The notes: generated from the sequence alone by a model not told the origin. Positions 29,652 to 40,158 are shown, numbered from the stretch's first letter. The stretch is DNA of 64,000 nt from Candidatus Poribacteria bacterium (GCA_964291315.2 OZ219753.1:2464001-2528000), one strand, 5' to 3'. A program made the numbers and translations.

Positions 29652-30833
29652 ATGTTAAAATTTCAGATTCTTTTCATTGTTGTTTTGATTAGTTGTCTTG
29701 CCTTTGTATCCTGCAACAGAACACAGAAAGTTTTGCAGCCGGCCGGCGACGCGATGGACACTATGATGGACGACCATATGATGGACATGATGGCACACAA
29801 ATCATGGGCACATACTATGCTTCCAGCCCCAGGGCCTCAAGAGGACGCTGGGAGCCCGGCAGAGACCGGGGGTGTGCACGGTATGGGCAGTCGCACCGTT
29901 TATATCAACGATGTCGGTGTCATGGCAAACAAGGAAGGGATGATGTATCCCGCTGGCTCCATGATTGTTAAAGAAATCATGGACGATGCCAATGAATTTG
30001 TTGCCAAGGTTGCCATGATGACGAAGACCGATGACGAGATGTATGCCGATCATAATGGTTGGATGTATGTCAAATATGCGCGTATGTCAGCGGATGGTGA
30101 ATACGAAATGGTTGGTGGTGGAAGCATGGAAAAGAGCATGGGCTGCCATGGTTGTCATGCCAAAGCTGATAACGATAGCGTCTTTGTCTCCCTCTCCATG
30201 GACGACCACATGAAAGATGACGACATGATGGACGACCACATGAAAGATGATGACATGATGGACGACCATATGATGGACATGATGGCACACAAATCATGGG
30301 CACATACTATGCTTCCAGCCCCAGGGCCTCAAGAGGACGCTGGGAGCCCGGCAGAGACCGGGGGTGTGCACGGTATGGGCAGTCGCACCGTTTATATCAA
30401 CGATGTCGGTGTCATGGCAAACAAGGAAGGGATGATGTATCCCGCTGGCTCCATGATTGTTAAAGAAATCATGGACGATGCCAATGAATTTGTTGCCAAG
30501 GTTGCCATGATGACGAAGACCGATGACGAGATGTATGCCGATCATAATGGTTGGATGTATGTCAAATATGCGCGTATGTCAGCGGATGGTGAATACGAAA
30601 TGGTTGGTGGTGGAAGCATGGAAAAGAGCATGGGCTGCCATGGTTGTCATGCCAAAGCTGATAACGATAGCGTCTTTGTCTCCCTCTCCATGGACGACCA
30701 CATGAAAGATGACGACATGATGGACGACCACATGAAAGATGATGATATGATGGACGACCACATGAAAGATGATGATATGATGGACGACCACATGGAAGAT
30801 GACGACATGATGGACGATGCCGGTGGGGCATAG
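29652..30833 (+). CDS. Met-rich lipoprotein with two cytochrome P460-like heme c domains
   Basis: Lipobox-like FVSC; each domain has VYIN...YPAGSMIVKE...GWMY...CHGCH...DSVF; RBS aaggag. Confidence 0.82.
   Translation: MLKFQILFIVVLISCLAFVSCNRTQKVLQPAGDAMDTMMDDHMMDMMAHKSWAHTMLPAPGPQEDAGSPAETGGVHGMGSRTVYINDVGVMANKEGMMYPAGSMIVKEIMDDANEFVAKVAMMTKTDDEMYADHNGWMYVKYARMSADGEYEMVGGGSMEKSMGCHGCHAKADNDSVFVSLSMDDHMKDDDMMDDHMKDDDMMDDHMMDMMAHKSWAHTMLPAPGPQEDAGSPAETGGVHGMGSRTVYINDVGVMANKEGMMYPAGSMIVKEIMDDANEFVAKVAMMTKTDDEMYADHNGWMYVKYARMSADGEYEMVGGGSMEKSMGCHGCHAKADNDSVFVSLSMDDHMKDDDMMDDHMKDDDMMDDHMKDDDMMDDHMEDDDMMDDAGGA
29763..30745 (+). repeat. Intragenic tandem duplication with a 492-bp period
   Basis: 29763-30253 matches 30255-30745 with no mismatch seen; the overlapping alternative-frame ORFs are also duplicated exactly. 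Confidence 0.93.
30690..30818 (+). repeat. 30-bp coding minisatellite (MDDHMKDDDM)n
   Basis: ATGGACGACCACATG(A/G)AAGATGAYGAYATG occurs four times plus a partial copy; about 2.5 more copies at 30198-30272. Confidence 0.92.
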
Positions 30834-30856
30834 TAGTTCCATCTTGTAACAGGAAT

Positions 30857-30901
30857 AAAAAAGGATCGGGAACTACAAAATGTGGTTTCCGATCCTTTTT
30901 T
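30857..30901. terminator. Bidirectional intrinsic terminator
   Basis: aaaaaaggatcgg...ccgatcctttttt between convergent genes. Confidence 0.8.
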
Positions 30902-30914
30902 GTCTTTCCAATTC

Positions 30915-32663
30915 TTAGGCGATAAATGATCCACTTCTTGCGGGGAGCGAAACGCTGACGGAATTTGCTGACGCTGTCACGGGATTTCCATTGAGTAGAT
31001 CCTTCACATGTCTTGATAACAAGGCAACCTGTACATTGATCGTTTGTGGACATTTGCTTGTATTCAATGCGATCATTACAGAACTAGATTCTGAAGTTTG
31101 AACATAAGCATAAGTTCCCTTTTGAACATCCAAGTGAACTGCTTCTCGCTTCCCTGAAGTAATCACTGAAAACTGCCTCCGTAATTCTCCCAAACGTTGA
31201 AAATAAGCGAGTAAGGCGCTATCTGCTTCATCTCCCCACAGCATTGGGAGTCTTGCCTCTTCAAAACGTCCAAGTGGATTTCGCTGGGAAACTCCGACCT
31301 CAGTTCCGTTGTAGATTATAGGTGGTGCCGAGAGCGTAAAAAGCACCAATGCCGCCAATCGGACCTTTGCTTTATCTTCCTTTGCTAGGTAAAGGATACG
31401 TGTCATGTCGTGATTATCCAGAAAAGCAGGCATAGAAAAACTTTCTAAGAAATACTCTTCGTGTGCTCCTAAAAAAGCCTCGAATTCTGATAAAGTTGAA
31501 GTCTCAAGCACAAAAGTCCTACGGAGTGCGTCCGCAAGCAGAAAGTCGAGACATCCATCAAAATGCGGGACGTAAGACGTTATAACTTCTGAGTGGCTAA
31601 CCACCTCTCCGAAGAGAAAAACGTTAGGATTCACGGCTTTACACACCTTGCGGAAGTCTGCCCAAAATGTATGCGGCGGCCCCGGGGCATAGTCGAGCCG
31701 ATAACCATCAACGCCTTTGCGTAACCAATGTTCTGCACATGCTAGTAAATAATCGCTTGTCGGTTTGTGCTTTAAATTAAGTTGGGGCATCCCGTTCACA
31801 CCGAAGAAGCTTGTGTATTCATCTGGCCACCGCTGCCATGTGTACCACTCCCGATATTCGCTATCTGGATCGCGCTGTGCTGCCTGAAACGTCGGGTGAT
31901 GGTTTGACCAGTGATTGGCGACAAAATCGAGAATAACGCGCATCCCGCGCTGATGTGCTTTTTCAATAAGCTCTATCAGTTCCGCGTTTGTCCCCAATCT
32001 CGGTTCTACGGTGTAATAGTCTGATGCATCATAGCCGTGGTAGGTTGGGCTAGCGAAAAATGGTGAGAGCCACACAGTGTTGCAACCCAGCGATTGGATA
32101 TAATCAAGTTTCTGAATTGCACCGCGTAGCGTACCTCCGAAAAAGCCGGAAAGGGTCGTCGGCTTTTTCCATGATACCCCGTCTCCCGGATAGAATCGAT
32201 CGAGAAAGATATGGTAGATAACTGCATCATAGATCCACGTTGGCGTATCGTGATTATCTACCGAGATTGCAAATTCCGTTGCTTCCGATAGGACGCACGT
32301 TTGGTTGTCCGCAAAAACCCAGTTATTTGATCCCAGAACGCGTCCACCAATCTTGTAGCGCACCGTCGTCGGGTTTAGTTGCGGAGGAATCTCTCCATGC
32401 CAATGTTGCACGTATCGCCATTCGAGTGTACTCCATACCGGTTCACTCTGGACAAGTTCAAAGGTACTTTCTTCACCATCTGCATTTATCCAACAGCGGA
32501 CTGAGTCGTGAGCAACCTCGCTAGAAGTTGTTACGTGGAGTGTGATCGGCTGACTAGGCTCCGGGCGCATTGGAGATAATTGATGAAGATGCTTGATACC
32601 TGTCAAGCTGCTTCGATATTCGGTGATACGATTCTTAAGATCTCTCTGTGTGCCAAACATCAT
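30915..32663 (-). CDS. GH13 alpha-amylase family (neopullulanase/cyclomaltodextrinase-like)
   Basis: YHIFLDRF, YHGYD, DFVANH, DGYRLD, FGE, FLDNHD catalytic motifs. Confidence 0.93.
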   Translation of the reverse strand: MMFGTQRDLKNRITEYRSSLTGIKHLHQLSPMRPEPSQPITLHVTTSSEVAHDSVRCWINADGEESTFELVQSEPVWSTLEWRYVQHWHGEIPPQLNPTTVRYKIGGRVLGSNNWVFADNQTCVLSEATEFAISVDNHDTPTWIYDAVIYHIFLDRFYPGDGVSWKKPTTLSGFFGGTLRGAIQKLDYIQSLGCNTVWLSPFFASPTYHGYDASDYYTVEPRLGTNAELIELIEKAHQRGMRVILDFVANHWSNHHPTFQAAQRDPDSEYREWYTWQRWPDEYTSFFGVNGMPQLNLKHKPTSDYLLACAEHWLRKGVDGYRLDYAPGPPHTFWADFRKVCKAVNPNVFLFGEVVSHSEVITSYVPHFDGCLDFLLADALRRTFVLETSTLSEFEAFLGAHEEYFLESFSMPAFLDNHDMTRILYLAKEDKAKVRLAALVLFTLSAPPIIYNGTEVGVSQRNPLGRFEEARLPMLWGDEADSALLAYFQRLGELRRQFSVITSGKREAVHLDVQKGTYAYVQTSESSSVMIALNTSKCPQTINVQVALLSRHVKDLLNGNPVTASANSVSVSLPARSGSFIA

Positions 32664-32692
32664 TTCTTTAGTGGTTTATGAGTCAAGAAAAT

Positions 32693-32722
32693 AAAAAAGC
32701 CGTGTAGTAAATACACGGCTTT
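32693..32722 (-). terminator. Intrinsic terminator
   Basis: aaagccgtgta/tacacggcttt stem followed by a T-tract on the minus strand. Confidence 0.8.
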
Positions 32723-32743
32723 AACGCTTACTTAGAAACGCCA

Positions 32744-33706
32744 CTATTTATCGCCCCAAGCACGCCCTCGCGGAATCAATAGGAGTTGTCCGACAACCAA
32801 CCTTTTTCGATCAAAGATGTAAGCGTCCTGATTCGCGGCAACTAACCGTTCCCACATCTCTGAGTTATCAAAAATCTCAGGACGCGCGGCGATATGTTTC
32901 AACGCAGATTCACCGTTTTCTTTCTGAATATCCTCTTCTTGGACATAATATTTGTAAAGTACTTTAGGACTAGTTGTGTTGAAACTAAAGCTGTGCGAAT
33001 TTTCGAGAACATTGCCTGCCATATCAGCAGCACCAGAAACGGTAACGGTATACCTGCGTCCCGCACGCATCGGCATATCAGATGTGAAGGTTATAGAATC
33101 TCCGCTTCCGGCAATTGTGCCTGATAGCGTTGCTGCTATCGGTTCGCTCATTGAATCTTCTGTTTTGGTGACGGTTACGTCTATAGATACACTATTCGGG
33201 TCAATCGGTTCGCTGAACGCTACCGACAGGCTATTCATCACATTCAGGGAATCTGTATATTCAGAAATCACTGTGCCGTCCGCTGGTTCATTCATTGTCA
33301 CAGTTGGCGGTGTTGCATCGGTATAGGTAAATTGCTGTGAGAGTGTGACAGGTACTTCAGGTTTCCCGTTGTTGGTAAGAACGACGGTCACGGATTGCCC
33401 CGCCGTCCCGCCGGGAGTCACTGCTGTGATTTGTGTTTCGCTGGGGACGGTTACGCTTTGGGCGTTCTTGCCGCCGAATGTTACAGTCACACCGTTTTTC
33501 ATATCAAATTTTTCACCAGTAATCTGGACAGTTGTTCCCCCGGTTTCGGGACCCTGCGTTGGGTTCATCCCAGACGGGACCGGTTCAGGATTACAACCGG
33601 CACAGCCTGCCATCCACGCGCAGACAAGCGTGAGGACAGCCAGAATGGTTACGCTTCTGAATTTTGACCAAGCTTGCGGGTCAAAACTTGTTCTAAAAAA
33701 GTTCAT
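32744..33706 (-). CDS. Lipoprotein with IPT/TIG, Ig-like (Big_5-like) and LysM-like domains
   Basis: Lipobox MAGC; IPT GPETGGTTVQITG...SETQITAVTP; DATPPTV...VAFSEPID...DMAGN; C-terminal YYVQ...LKHIA...GQLLLIP. RBS aaggag before 33706. Confidence 0.8.
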   Translation of the reverse strand: MNFFRTSFDPQAWSKFRSVTILAVLTLVCAWMAGCAGCNPEPVPSGMNPTQGPETGGTTVQITGEKFDMKNGVTVTFGGKNAQSVTVPSETQITAVTPGGTAGQSVTVVLTNNGKPEVPVTLSQQFTYTDATPPTVTMNEPADGTVISEYTDSLNVMNSLSVAFSEPIDPNSVSIDVTVTKTEDSMSEPIAATLSGTIAGSGDSITFTSDMPMRAGRRYTVTVSGAADMAGNVLENSHSFSFNTTSPKVLYKYYVQEEDIQKENGESALKHIAARPEIFDNSEMWERLVAANQDAYIFDRKRLVVGQLLLIPRGRAWGDK

Positions 33707-33886
33707 GAATTCAATCTCCTTATCGTCAAACAGGTTCTCATACTCTACCGCGCCAAATCTTACGGCTAAAAATGGCATAGTTTGCTACGCCAGGGTCCGC
33801 ATGAGCACTTAGCGTATGGAGCGAACTTACTATGAGAAGTAGGATTTCGTGGATTAGAGGGAAGCCTCTAAATTGTGCCTTTAATT

Positions 33887-33916
33887 ATTATACACGTAAG
33901 TTGTGCCACTTGTCAA
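33887..33916 (-). promoter_or_regulatory. Sigma70-like promoter
   Basis: TTGACA-N18-TATAAT on the minus strand. Confidence 0.6.
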
Positions 33917-33961
33917 CACTTTTTTCATAGGTCGCAAGCGAAAACTTACTCTGCAGATGCT

Positions 33962-34810
33962 CTAACTGCGCCAAGCTGTCCGTTTTAACGGGTCATATAC
34001 GTCAACTGTCAGTCCTGGACCAAAACCTTCTACTGATAATTCGACTGTATCTCCGTCGCCGACTGCGGTGAGGGCTTCGTGATGAGTTCCGGTAGAAACA
34101 ACGTCACCCGGTTCCAACGTTACCACGTTGGTTACCTCGGCAAGCAGTTCAGGGATAAAGCGTGCCATCGAATTTGTTGAGAAATCGTGTTGCAAACTTT
34201 CGTTGATCCAGAGTTGCACGCCGAGTGTGTTCGCGTCCGCTACTTCGTCAGCAGTAACGAGCGCTGGACCCATCGGGGCAAACGTATGCCAACTTTTCCC
34301 TAAAAAGAAACCGCCCGGCAGACCTCGGGCAGAGACATCAATGAACTGCGTGTAACCAAATATGCAATCTAACGCTTTCTCTTTAGTGAGCCGTTTTGCT
34401 GTTTTTCCGATAACAATTGCGAGTTCCGGTTCAAAGTGGAACACGGTTACGTCCGCTTCCGGAAGCTCGACCGTGTCCATTGTGTTAATAATGCCAGTTG
34501 GCGACTTCAGGAAGGCGTTGAACTCGCCCCGGGATGGACTTTCCGGTTCGATATAATTCCCCGCAAGACAGACGAGTTGCCCCGGACGTGGAACAGGGGC
34601 TTTGAAGCTGACACTGTCTAAAGCAGCAGCGGTACCATTTTCAACTGTATCTTCTATTTCTGTGCGTAGATTGTCAAAATCTTTAATCACCCCTTGTATC
34701 AGTTCTTGCGGCGTGTGGTAAGAAAGACCGCTGAGGGCATCATTGATGTCAACAACCCCTTCTTCTGTTATTACACCGAGTTGATAGTTATTAAAGAATG
34801 CAAGTTTCAT
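33962..34810 (-). CDS. Fumarylacetoacetate hydrolase family protein
   Basis: HFEPELAIVIGK, DVSAR, GKSWHTFAPMGP, LEPGDVVSTGT. Confidence 0.92.
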   Translation of the reverse strand: MKLAFFNNYQLGVITEEGVVDINDALSGLSYHTPQELIQGVIKDFDNLRTEIEDTVENGTAAALDSVSFKAPVPRPGQLVCLAGNYIEPESPSRGEFNAFLKSPTGIINTMDTVELPEADVTVFHFEPELAIVIGKTAKRLTKEKALDCIFGYTQFIDVSARGLPGGFFLGKSWHTFAPMGPALVTADEVADANTLGVQLWINESLQHDFSTNSMARFIPELLAEVTNVVTLEPGDVVSTGTHHEALTAVGDGDTVELSVEGFGPGLTVDVYDPLKRTAWRS

Positions 34811-35189
34811 TTAGTTTTTTGCTCCTGTGCTAAGACGTTTTGCAAACGGATAATTCTGAGCCTCTAACGGCAGGTGCACCTTCGTTCCGATGAAATCAGA
34901 AACGGAGGTTGCATTTGTACCCTCAAGCGACGTGAGGGCCTTACTGCCTCCGATTCTGGTTGGTTTCCGCTAAGAATTGCGTTTTGCCTGTTTTCCGTCT
35001 TCCAGATTTTGCACAACTCACTATTGTACGTAAAGTCAGCTTCCGGCACATCGTGTCTCTGATATGTAATATGTACCTGAATCCAAGAGAGGCCAACCAA
35101 AAATCTAATTTATTTCTGATAATATAAGCGATGATTGGCGGTTCTATGTTAAGGTGTATTGCAAAGAGCACAAACCAAAGTTCTGAAGC

Positions 35190-36209
35190 TTATTCTGGGC
35201 AGTCTTTGGTCATCTCTCGTAACGCCTGCCACTGTGCCGCGTCCACAATGACCCCTTTTTTAAGGCTTTCCTGTCGTGTCCGTAGCATTCCTTCCCCCGG
35301 ATACCTCACACTTTCATTTTCATCTAGCGGTATTGATGTGTGGAAATCGTCAATAATCGCAGCTACTGTTTCGTCCAAGGCTGCTTGCTCCATCATAGCT
35401 GTAGCATTTATCGCCATGTACACCTGAGAAACTGCGTATTCAGATTCCTGATTTCCGATTTCGTGTGTGGCTTGTCCGCCTGAAATAACGGAGGCCATTG
35501 TGTCGAGCACCAAAGCGAGTCCAGACCCTTTCCAATAGCCGATAGGAAGAGCTCTTGCGGAGTCAAGAATCTCGCCGGGGTCAACCGTCAGTTTCCCGTG
35601 AGTGTCGTATCCACCCGGCAGTGGTAATTCTTTTTTCTGCAGCTTCAGCACTTCTAATTTCCCATTTGAGTACTGGCTCATCGCCATATCCAATAGAATG
35701 TGTCCTTCTTTTCGCGGTATGGCAATTGCCATCGGATTGTTCCCAATCTTTTTTTCCGCAGAACCCCATGGCGGCATGAGTCGAGTCGTATTCGTCCAGC
35801 ATATTCCGATGTATCCGGCTTCTGCTGCTTGCAGTGCGTAAGCACCACCGCGCATCCAGTGGTTCGTATTTGAGAGTCCTACGCCGCCGATACCGTGAAC
35901 CTCCGCCAGTTCGGTTGCCCGTTGCATACAGAAGTGAGCATTGACGAGCCCGACCCCCATCTTACCGTCCCACCGCTCCAAGGCACCGAAGCTCTCAGTT
36001 TTCTCTGGTTGCGTCCGGAAATTAATCTGTTTACGCCGTAATCCTTCAACGAAGCCGGGGAAACGATTCAGCCCATGTGAGAACACACCGTCGCGTTGGT
36101 TCTCAGCGAATAGTCTGGCACATAACTTCGCTCGCTCGTCGGTAAAACCGATACTCGCGAGCACACGATAAAATTCCTCTTGTAAGGTTTGAAAAGGCAC
36201 GCGTTTCAT
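35190..36209 (-). CDS. yiaK: 3-dehydro-L-gulonate 2-dehydrogenase (Ldh_2 family)
   Basis: DGVFSHGLNRFP, NTNHWMRGG, WTNT, LDMAMSQYS, PIGYWKGSGL, RYPG. Confidence 0.92.
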   Translation of the reverse strand: MKRVPFQTLQEEFYRVLASIGFTDERAKLCARLFAENQRDGVFSHGLNRFPGFVEGLRRKQINFRTQPEKTESFGALERWDGKMGVGLVNAHFCMQRATELAEVHGIGGVGLSNTNHWMRGGAYALQAAEAGYIGICWTNTTRLMPPWGSAEKKIGNNPMAIAIPRKEGHILLDMAMSQYSNGKLEVLKLQKKELPLPGGYDTHGKLTVDPGEILDSARALPIGYWKGSGLALVLDTMASVISGGQATHEIGNQESEYAVSQVYMAINATAMMEQAALDETVAAIIDDFHTSIPLDENESVRYPGEGMLRTRQESLKKGVIVDAAQWQALREMTKDCPE

Positions 36210-36582
36210 ACAATCTTTCTATTCTCATCAATTTGTTAAAGGGCATTATGCCTGATGTCTGAGAAAAATGCAAGATATTTCTCTCTTCATTTATTTCAGT
36301 TCATGCAAACCAGACGCGTCAAGGCAGCTACGGAGGCGCTTCACAGGCAACCTTCACGTATCTTATTGTCGATCTCAAAAATTAATGAATTCATTGCTGG
36401 TGCAAGTTTTGTCCGTGGCAGTGTCTTTTCTATGAGCAGTGTGAAACCTTTGCTCTCTTTGCAGAAGCTGCCGAGGTGTTAGGTAACAAATTCGAGGGTC
36501 CTATTTTCTATCTCCAGGTGCATCGCGCGCCGCTTGGGATCGGTTTAAAGTGATTTTTTAACCCTTGGATGCTTATGTTTGC

Positions 36583-37443
36583 TCATCGCCACATTTGGAG
36601 CCACTTTTTCAAGGATGTCAGCGGTTGCGTTTCGCTACGGATGACCCACTTGAAATTAGGGTTTTTCCAGTATATTGTGCCCGGATGGTCGCCGTCACGG
36701 AGGTAGCGAATATCAATCGCCCAACGGATAACCTCACTTGTGGTGTGTGGTAATGATCGATGGAGCGTCAGGTTGTGGAACACTAAGGCATCTCCTAACT
36801 CCATGGGGCAGGTAACAATACGAGAAGCATCCACAAGTTCGTCTATCACCTCAAGAAATTTCCCTTCCTGTTCTTCTGTGTGATGATTGACCGCCCCTAA
36901 CCGGTGTGAGCCTGCGACTACTTGCAAGCAGCCGTTGGTATCATCGACCGGCACCAGTGGTATCCACACGGTCGGTATGACCGAAGTTTCGCTCACTGTA
37001 CCGAAGTAGCCACTGTCTTGGTGCCAAGGGACAACTGTCAATTGCTGACCGGGGAGTTTAGGACGCGCGTTGAAAACAGGGTGCCCAATGACATCTGTGC
37101 CTGTGAGCTGGGCAATTGCGTCCACAAGCGGAGCTGCGTGGTGCAACTCGAAAATTTCGGATGTCGCAACTTGGTTGCGCCAAGAACGACCAAAACGGTT
37201 AGCGTGTTCACTAGCGACTTGCGCGAGCCTTGTTTCAAACGGCAGTTCCAATCCTTCATCTTCTATGACCCCGTCCTCTTTTAAATCACGAATTATGCTG
37301 TCTACGACACGAGCGAAGCTGTCCCGCACACCGTTAATCGCAGGTTCTGGAACAACATTTTTCAGTAGTAAATATCCGTCGTTCACCCATTGATCCATCT
37401 GTTCAGATGATAGTCGGGATGTCTGTTTTTGATAAGTGGGCAT
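36583..37443 (-). CDS. PhyH-family dioxygenase
   Basis: PWHQDSGY, NGCLQVVAGSH, GDALVFHNLTLHRS, RWAIDIRY. Confidence 0.9.
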   Translation of the reverse strand: MPTYQKQTSRLSSEQMDQWVNDGYLLLKNVVPEPAINGVRDSFARVVDSIIRDLKEDGVIEDEGLELPFETRLAQVASEHANRFGRSWRNQVATSEIFELHHAAPLVDAIAQLTGTDVIGHPVFNARPKLPGQQLTVVPWHQDSGYFGTVSETSVIPTVWIPLVPVDDTNGCLQVVAGSHRLGAVNHHTEEQEGKFLEVIDELVDASRIVTCPMELGDALVFHNLTLHRSLPHTTSEVIRWAIDIRYLRDGDHPGTIYWKNPNFKWVIRSETQPLTSLKKWLQMWR

Positions 37444-37608
37444 TTATTCCATTCCACGGTTTGAAGAATTTTAAGAATTAAGATGACAAAAAGGACAAAC
37501 ATTGCAAAAATAGTAGCATATTTGCCAAAAAATGTCAAAAAAAGATTTGATACTGTTGATGATGTTTCACTTACAGAATGATACCTTTACATCAAAGGAG
37601 ATCAGGTA

Positions 37609-38982
37609 ATGACAACTTTAACACAGACCGAGAACCAAATTAGACCGCTCTATATTGATGGATACACCGATCAACTCAGTTATGCTCCCGGGACCGAGAT
37701 CGCATTCCATATTTCAACGAGTGCAGAAAACTATGCGCTGGAGATTGCGCGCATCGGAGCAACGCGTGAGACCGTTTGGAGTCAAGCTGGACTCCCTGGT
37801 GAAGCGCAGCCGATTCCCGAAGACGTCTCATCACAAGGGTGTGGATGGTCCCCTATCTTTACACTAGAAGTCCCTGAGACGTGGCAGAGCGGCTATTACG
37901 AAGGCACACTCCGTGCAACCGATAGCGGTGGTCAGCACATCTATAGAAACCATCGCATGGCTGAAAGCACGCTTTTCTTTATTGTCCGCCCTGCAACACC
38001 CGGGTCGAATACGTCTATTTTGCTGCAGCTCTCTACGAATACTTATAATGCCTACAACAACTGGGGCGGCTTCAGCCTTTACGGGTATCACGGGAAGAGC
38101 AAGATACAAGGCAATCGCGTCTCGTTTGACCGGCCCACTCGCGGTATCTTCAGAAATTGGGAGTTGCCGTTTATTGTCTGGGCAGAACAGAACGGGTATA
38201 CTCTTGATTACGCCGCGAATAGTGATATGGAATTTCGCCCTGAGATGTTGGCACATTACAGACTCGTGTTGAGCGTCGGCCATGATGAATATTGGTCTGC
38301 TCCAATGCGTGATCACTTTGAGGCATTTATTGCGAAAGGAGGAAACGCTGCCTTCTTCAGCGGGAATTCCGTCTGCTGGCAGGTACGCTCCGAAGATGAC
38401 GGCAGGGCCCTCGTCTGCTGGAAGCAGAACTATAATCAGGACCCAGTTTACCAAACCGAGGATTATAGTACGCTCAGTACACTATGGAGTCACTATCTTG
38501 TGGGGCGTCCTGAAAACCAATTGACCGGTGTCGGTTTCCTTCGAGGCGGTTATCATTTGAGCCACGGACAATTTATGGATGGCCCGGGAGAATATACCGT
38601 TCATCGTCCGGAACATTGGGTGTTTGAGGGGACAAACCTCGTGGAAGATGACACTTTCGGGGCAGCAGATACCATCGTCGGCTACGAGTGCGACGGGTGT
38701 GAATGGACTCTTGAGGACGGTTTACCTGTTCCAACCTATCGCGATGGCACGCCTGAAGGTTTCACGATTCTCGCCACGGCTCCTGTCCGTTGGCATCCTG
38801 ATGATTGTGAGTGGTACGAACAGTGGGAAAGAGGAAGAACCGGGGCTGCAACGATGGGCATCTATACAAAGGGCGGAACCGTCTTTACCGCCGCTACAAC
38901 CGATTGGGCACACGGACTAGCAGGTAACGACGCAGTGGTTGAACGGATCACACATAACGTCCTTCAACGACTTGCAACATAG
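37609..38982 (+). CDS. N,N-dimethylformamidase beta-subunit-like protein
   Basis: TNTYNAYNNWGG, VSFDRP, SVGHDEYWS, FFSGN, VGYECDG, GGTVFTAATTDW. Confidence 0.85.
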   Translation: MTTLTQTENQIRPLYIDGYTDQLSYAPGTEIAFHISTSAENYALEIARIGATRETVWSQAGLPGEAQPIPEDVSSQGCGWSPIFTLEVPETWQSGYYEGTLRATDSGGQHIYRNHRMAESTLFFIVRPATPGSNTSILLQLSTNTYNAYNNWGGFSLYGYHGKSKIQGNRVSFDRPTRGIFRNWELPFIVWAEQNGYTLDYAANSDMEFRPEMLAHYRLVLSVGHDEYWSAPMRDHFEAFIAKGGNAAFFSGNSVCWQVRSEDDGRALVCWKQNYNQDPVYQTEDYSTLSTLWSHYLVGRPENQLTGVGFLRGGYHLSHGQFMDGPGEYTVHRPEHWVFEGTNLVEDDTFGAADTIVGYECDGCEWTLEDGLPVPTYRDGTPEGFTILATAPVRWHPDDCEWYEQWERGRTGAATMGIYTKGGTVFTAATTDWAHGLAGNDAVVERITHNVLQRLAT

Positions 38983-39366
38983 CTGTGTTGACGCGTTTTT
39001 AGATAGCTTATCCACTCTAAAGCAATTATTTTGTTGCCAATTCTCTGATGAAATGCTATTCTAAAAGAATAGGTTGAGGCAGAGGAGGTTATTTTCCCAG
39101 TTGCGGAGTTGCTACCGCTAGAGGTATAAGCACACTTTGGAGGAAAAGGTGGCGCGCGTACCGCCGGATATATGAAAACAACACACCGACGCAAGCTTTT
39201 CTCCACGCACTGCCCGATATCCGCGGCGTGTGATCTGTGATCTCAGATTTTTCGATTTTCCGGGTGGACCCATTGATGCCCCGGTCGAAAAGTTAGAGAC
39301 GATTGTGAATGCAAATCAGGCGTTAGAGGAATATTGTCAGCAACGCCAAACGGAGATTTGAATATC

Positions 39367-40158
39367 ATGCAAAATGTTGCTGTTATTACGGGGGCAGCGA
39401 GCGGGATTGGAAAAGGTCTCGCGCAACGTTTCGCAGCGGAAGACATGAAAGTCGTTCTTGCCGATGTTGAGGAGGGACCGTTAACCGAACTTGCAGCGAA
39501 CTTAGAGGCTCAAGGTGCGGACGTTCTCATTGTCAAAACGGATGTTTCAAACGCGGCTGAAGTCGAAAATCTTGCCCACCAAACACTCGACACTTTTGGA
39601 GCAGTACACCTCCTTTGTAACAATGCCGGCGTCGTCTGTAGCCGTCCTATCTGGGAGCATACTCTTGCCGATTGGGAGTGGGTGTTAGGCGTTAACCTAT
39701 GGGGCGTGATTCACGGTATCCGCGCGTTTGTACCACGTATGCTCGCGCAAGGTGACACTTGTCATATTGTGAATACCGCGTCTATTTTGGGTTTGGTCGG
39801 CGGCAGCGGCGAAGGCATCTACAAAGTGAGCAAACACGGTGTCGTCGTGCTTTCGGAAACCCTGGCCGATGAATTAGCACAAAAAGGAGCGAATATTCAA
39901 GTGCATGTGCTTTGCCCCGGGTGGGTTCGCACCGGAATTCTGGAGTCTGCCCGGAATCGACCGGACACACTGCAAAATCCAGATGAACAGTGGCTCGGAG
40001 GTTTACGGAATAGTCACGACAAGATGGAAGCAGGGCTGTCACCCGCAGAGGTAGCAGATCAGGTCTATAATGCGATACAGAACGGCACTTTCTATATTCA
40101 CACCCATCCTAAGCACAAAGCGTGGATTCGCGAGCGGATGGCGCGTATTCTTGAGTAA
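39367..40158 (+). CDS. Short-chain dehydrogenase/reductase
   Basis: TGAASGIG, NNAG, YKVSK. Confidence 0.93.
   Translation: MQNVAVITGAASGIGKGLAQRFAAEDMKVVLADVEEGPLTELAANLEAQGADVLIVKTDVSNAAEVENLAHQTLDTFGAVHLLCNNAGVVCSRPIWEHTLADWEWVLGVNLWGVIHGIRAFVPRMLAQGDTCHIVNTASILGLVGGSGEGIYKVSKHGVVVLSETLADELAQKGANIQVHVLCPGWVRTGILESARNRPDTLQNPDEQWLGGLRNSHDKMEAGLSPAEVADQVYNAIQNGTFYIHTHPKHKAWIRERMARILE

Noticed and set aside
30198-30818. 30-bp repeats as a CRISPR array
   Set aside because: Repeats are contiguous with no unique spacers, in frame within a CDS, and no cas genes are present.
36240-36560. Possible pseudogene fragment on the minus strand (MHLEIENRTLEFVT*HLGSF...IREGCL)
   Set aside because: Protein-like but short, interrupted and not assignable to any family by eye.
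39000-39330. Possible degraded ORF plus an imperfect hairpin (ttttcga...tcgaaaa)
   Set aside because: Several stops and no recognisable homology or RNA family.
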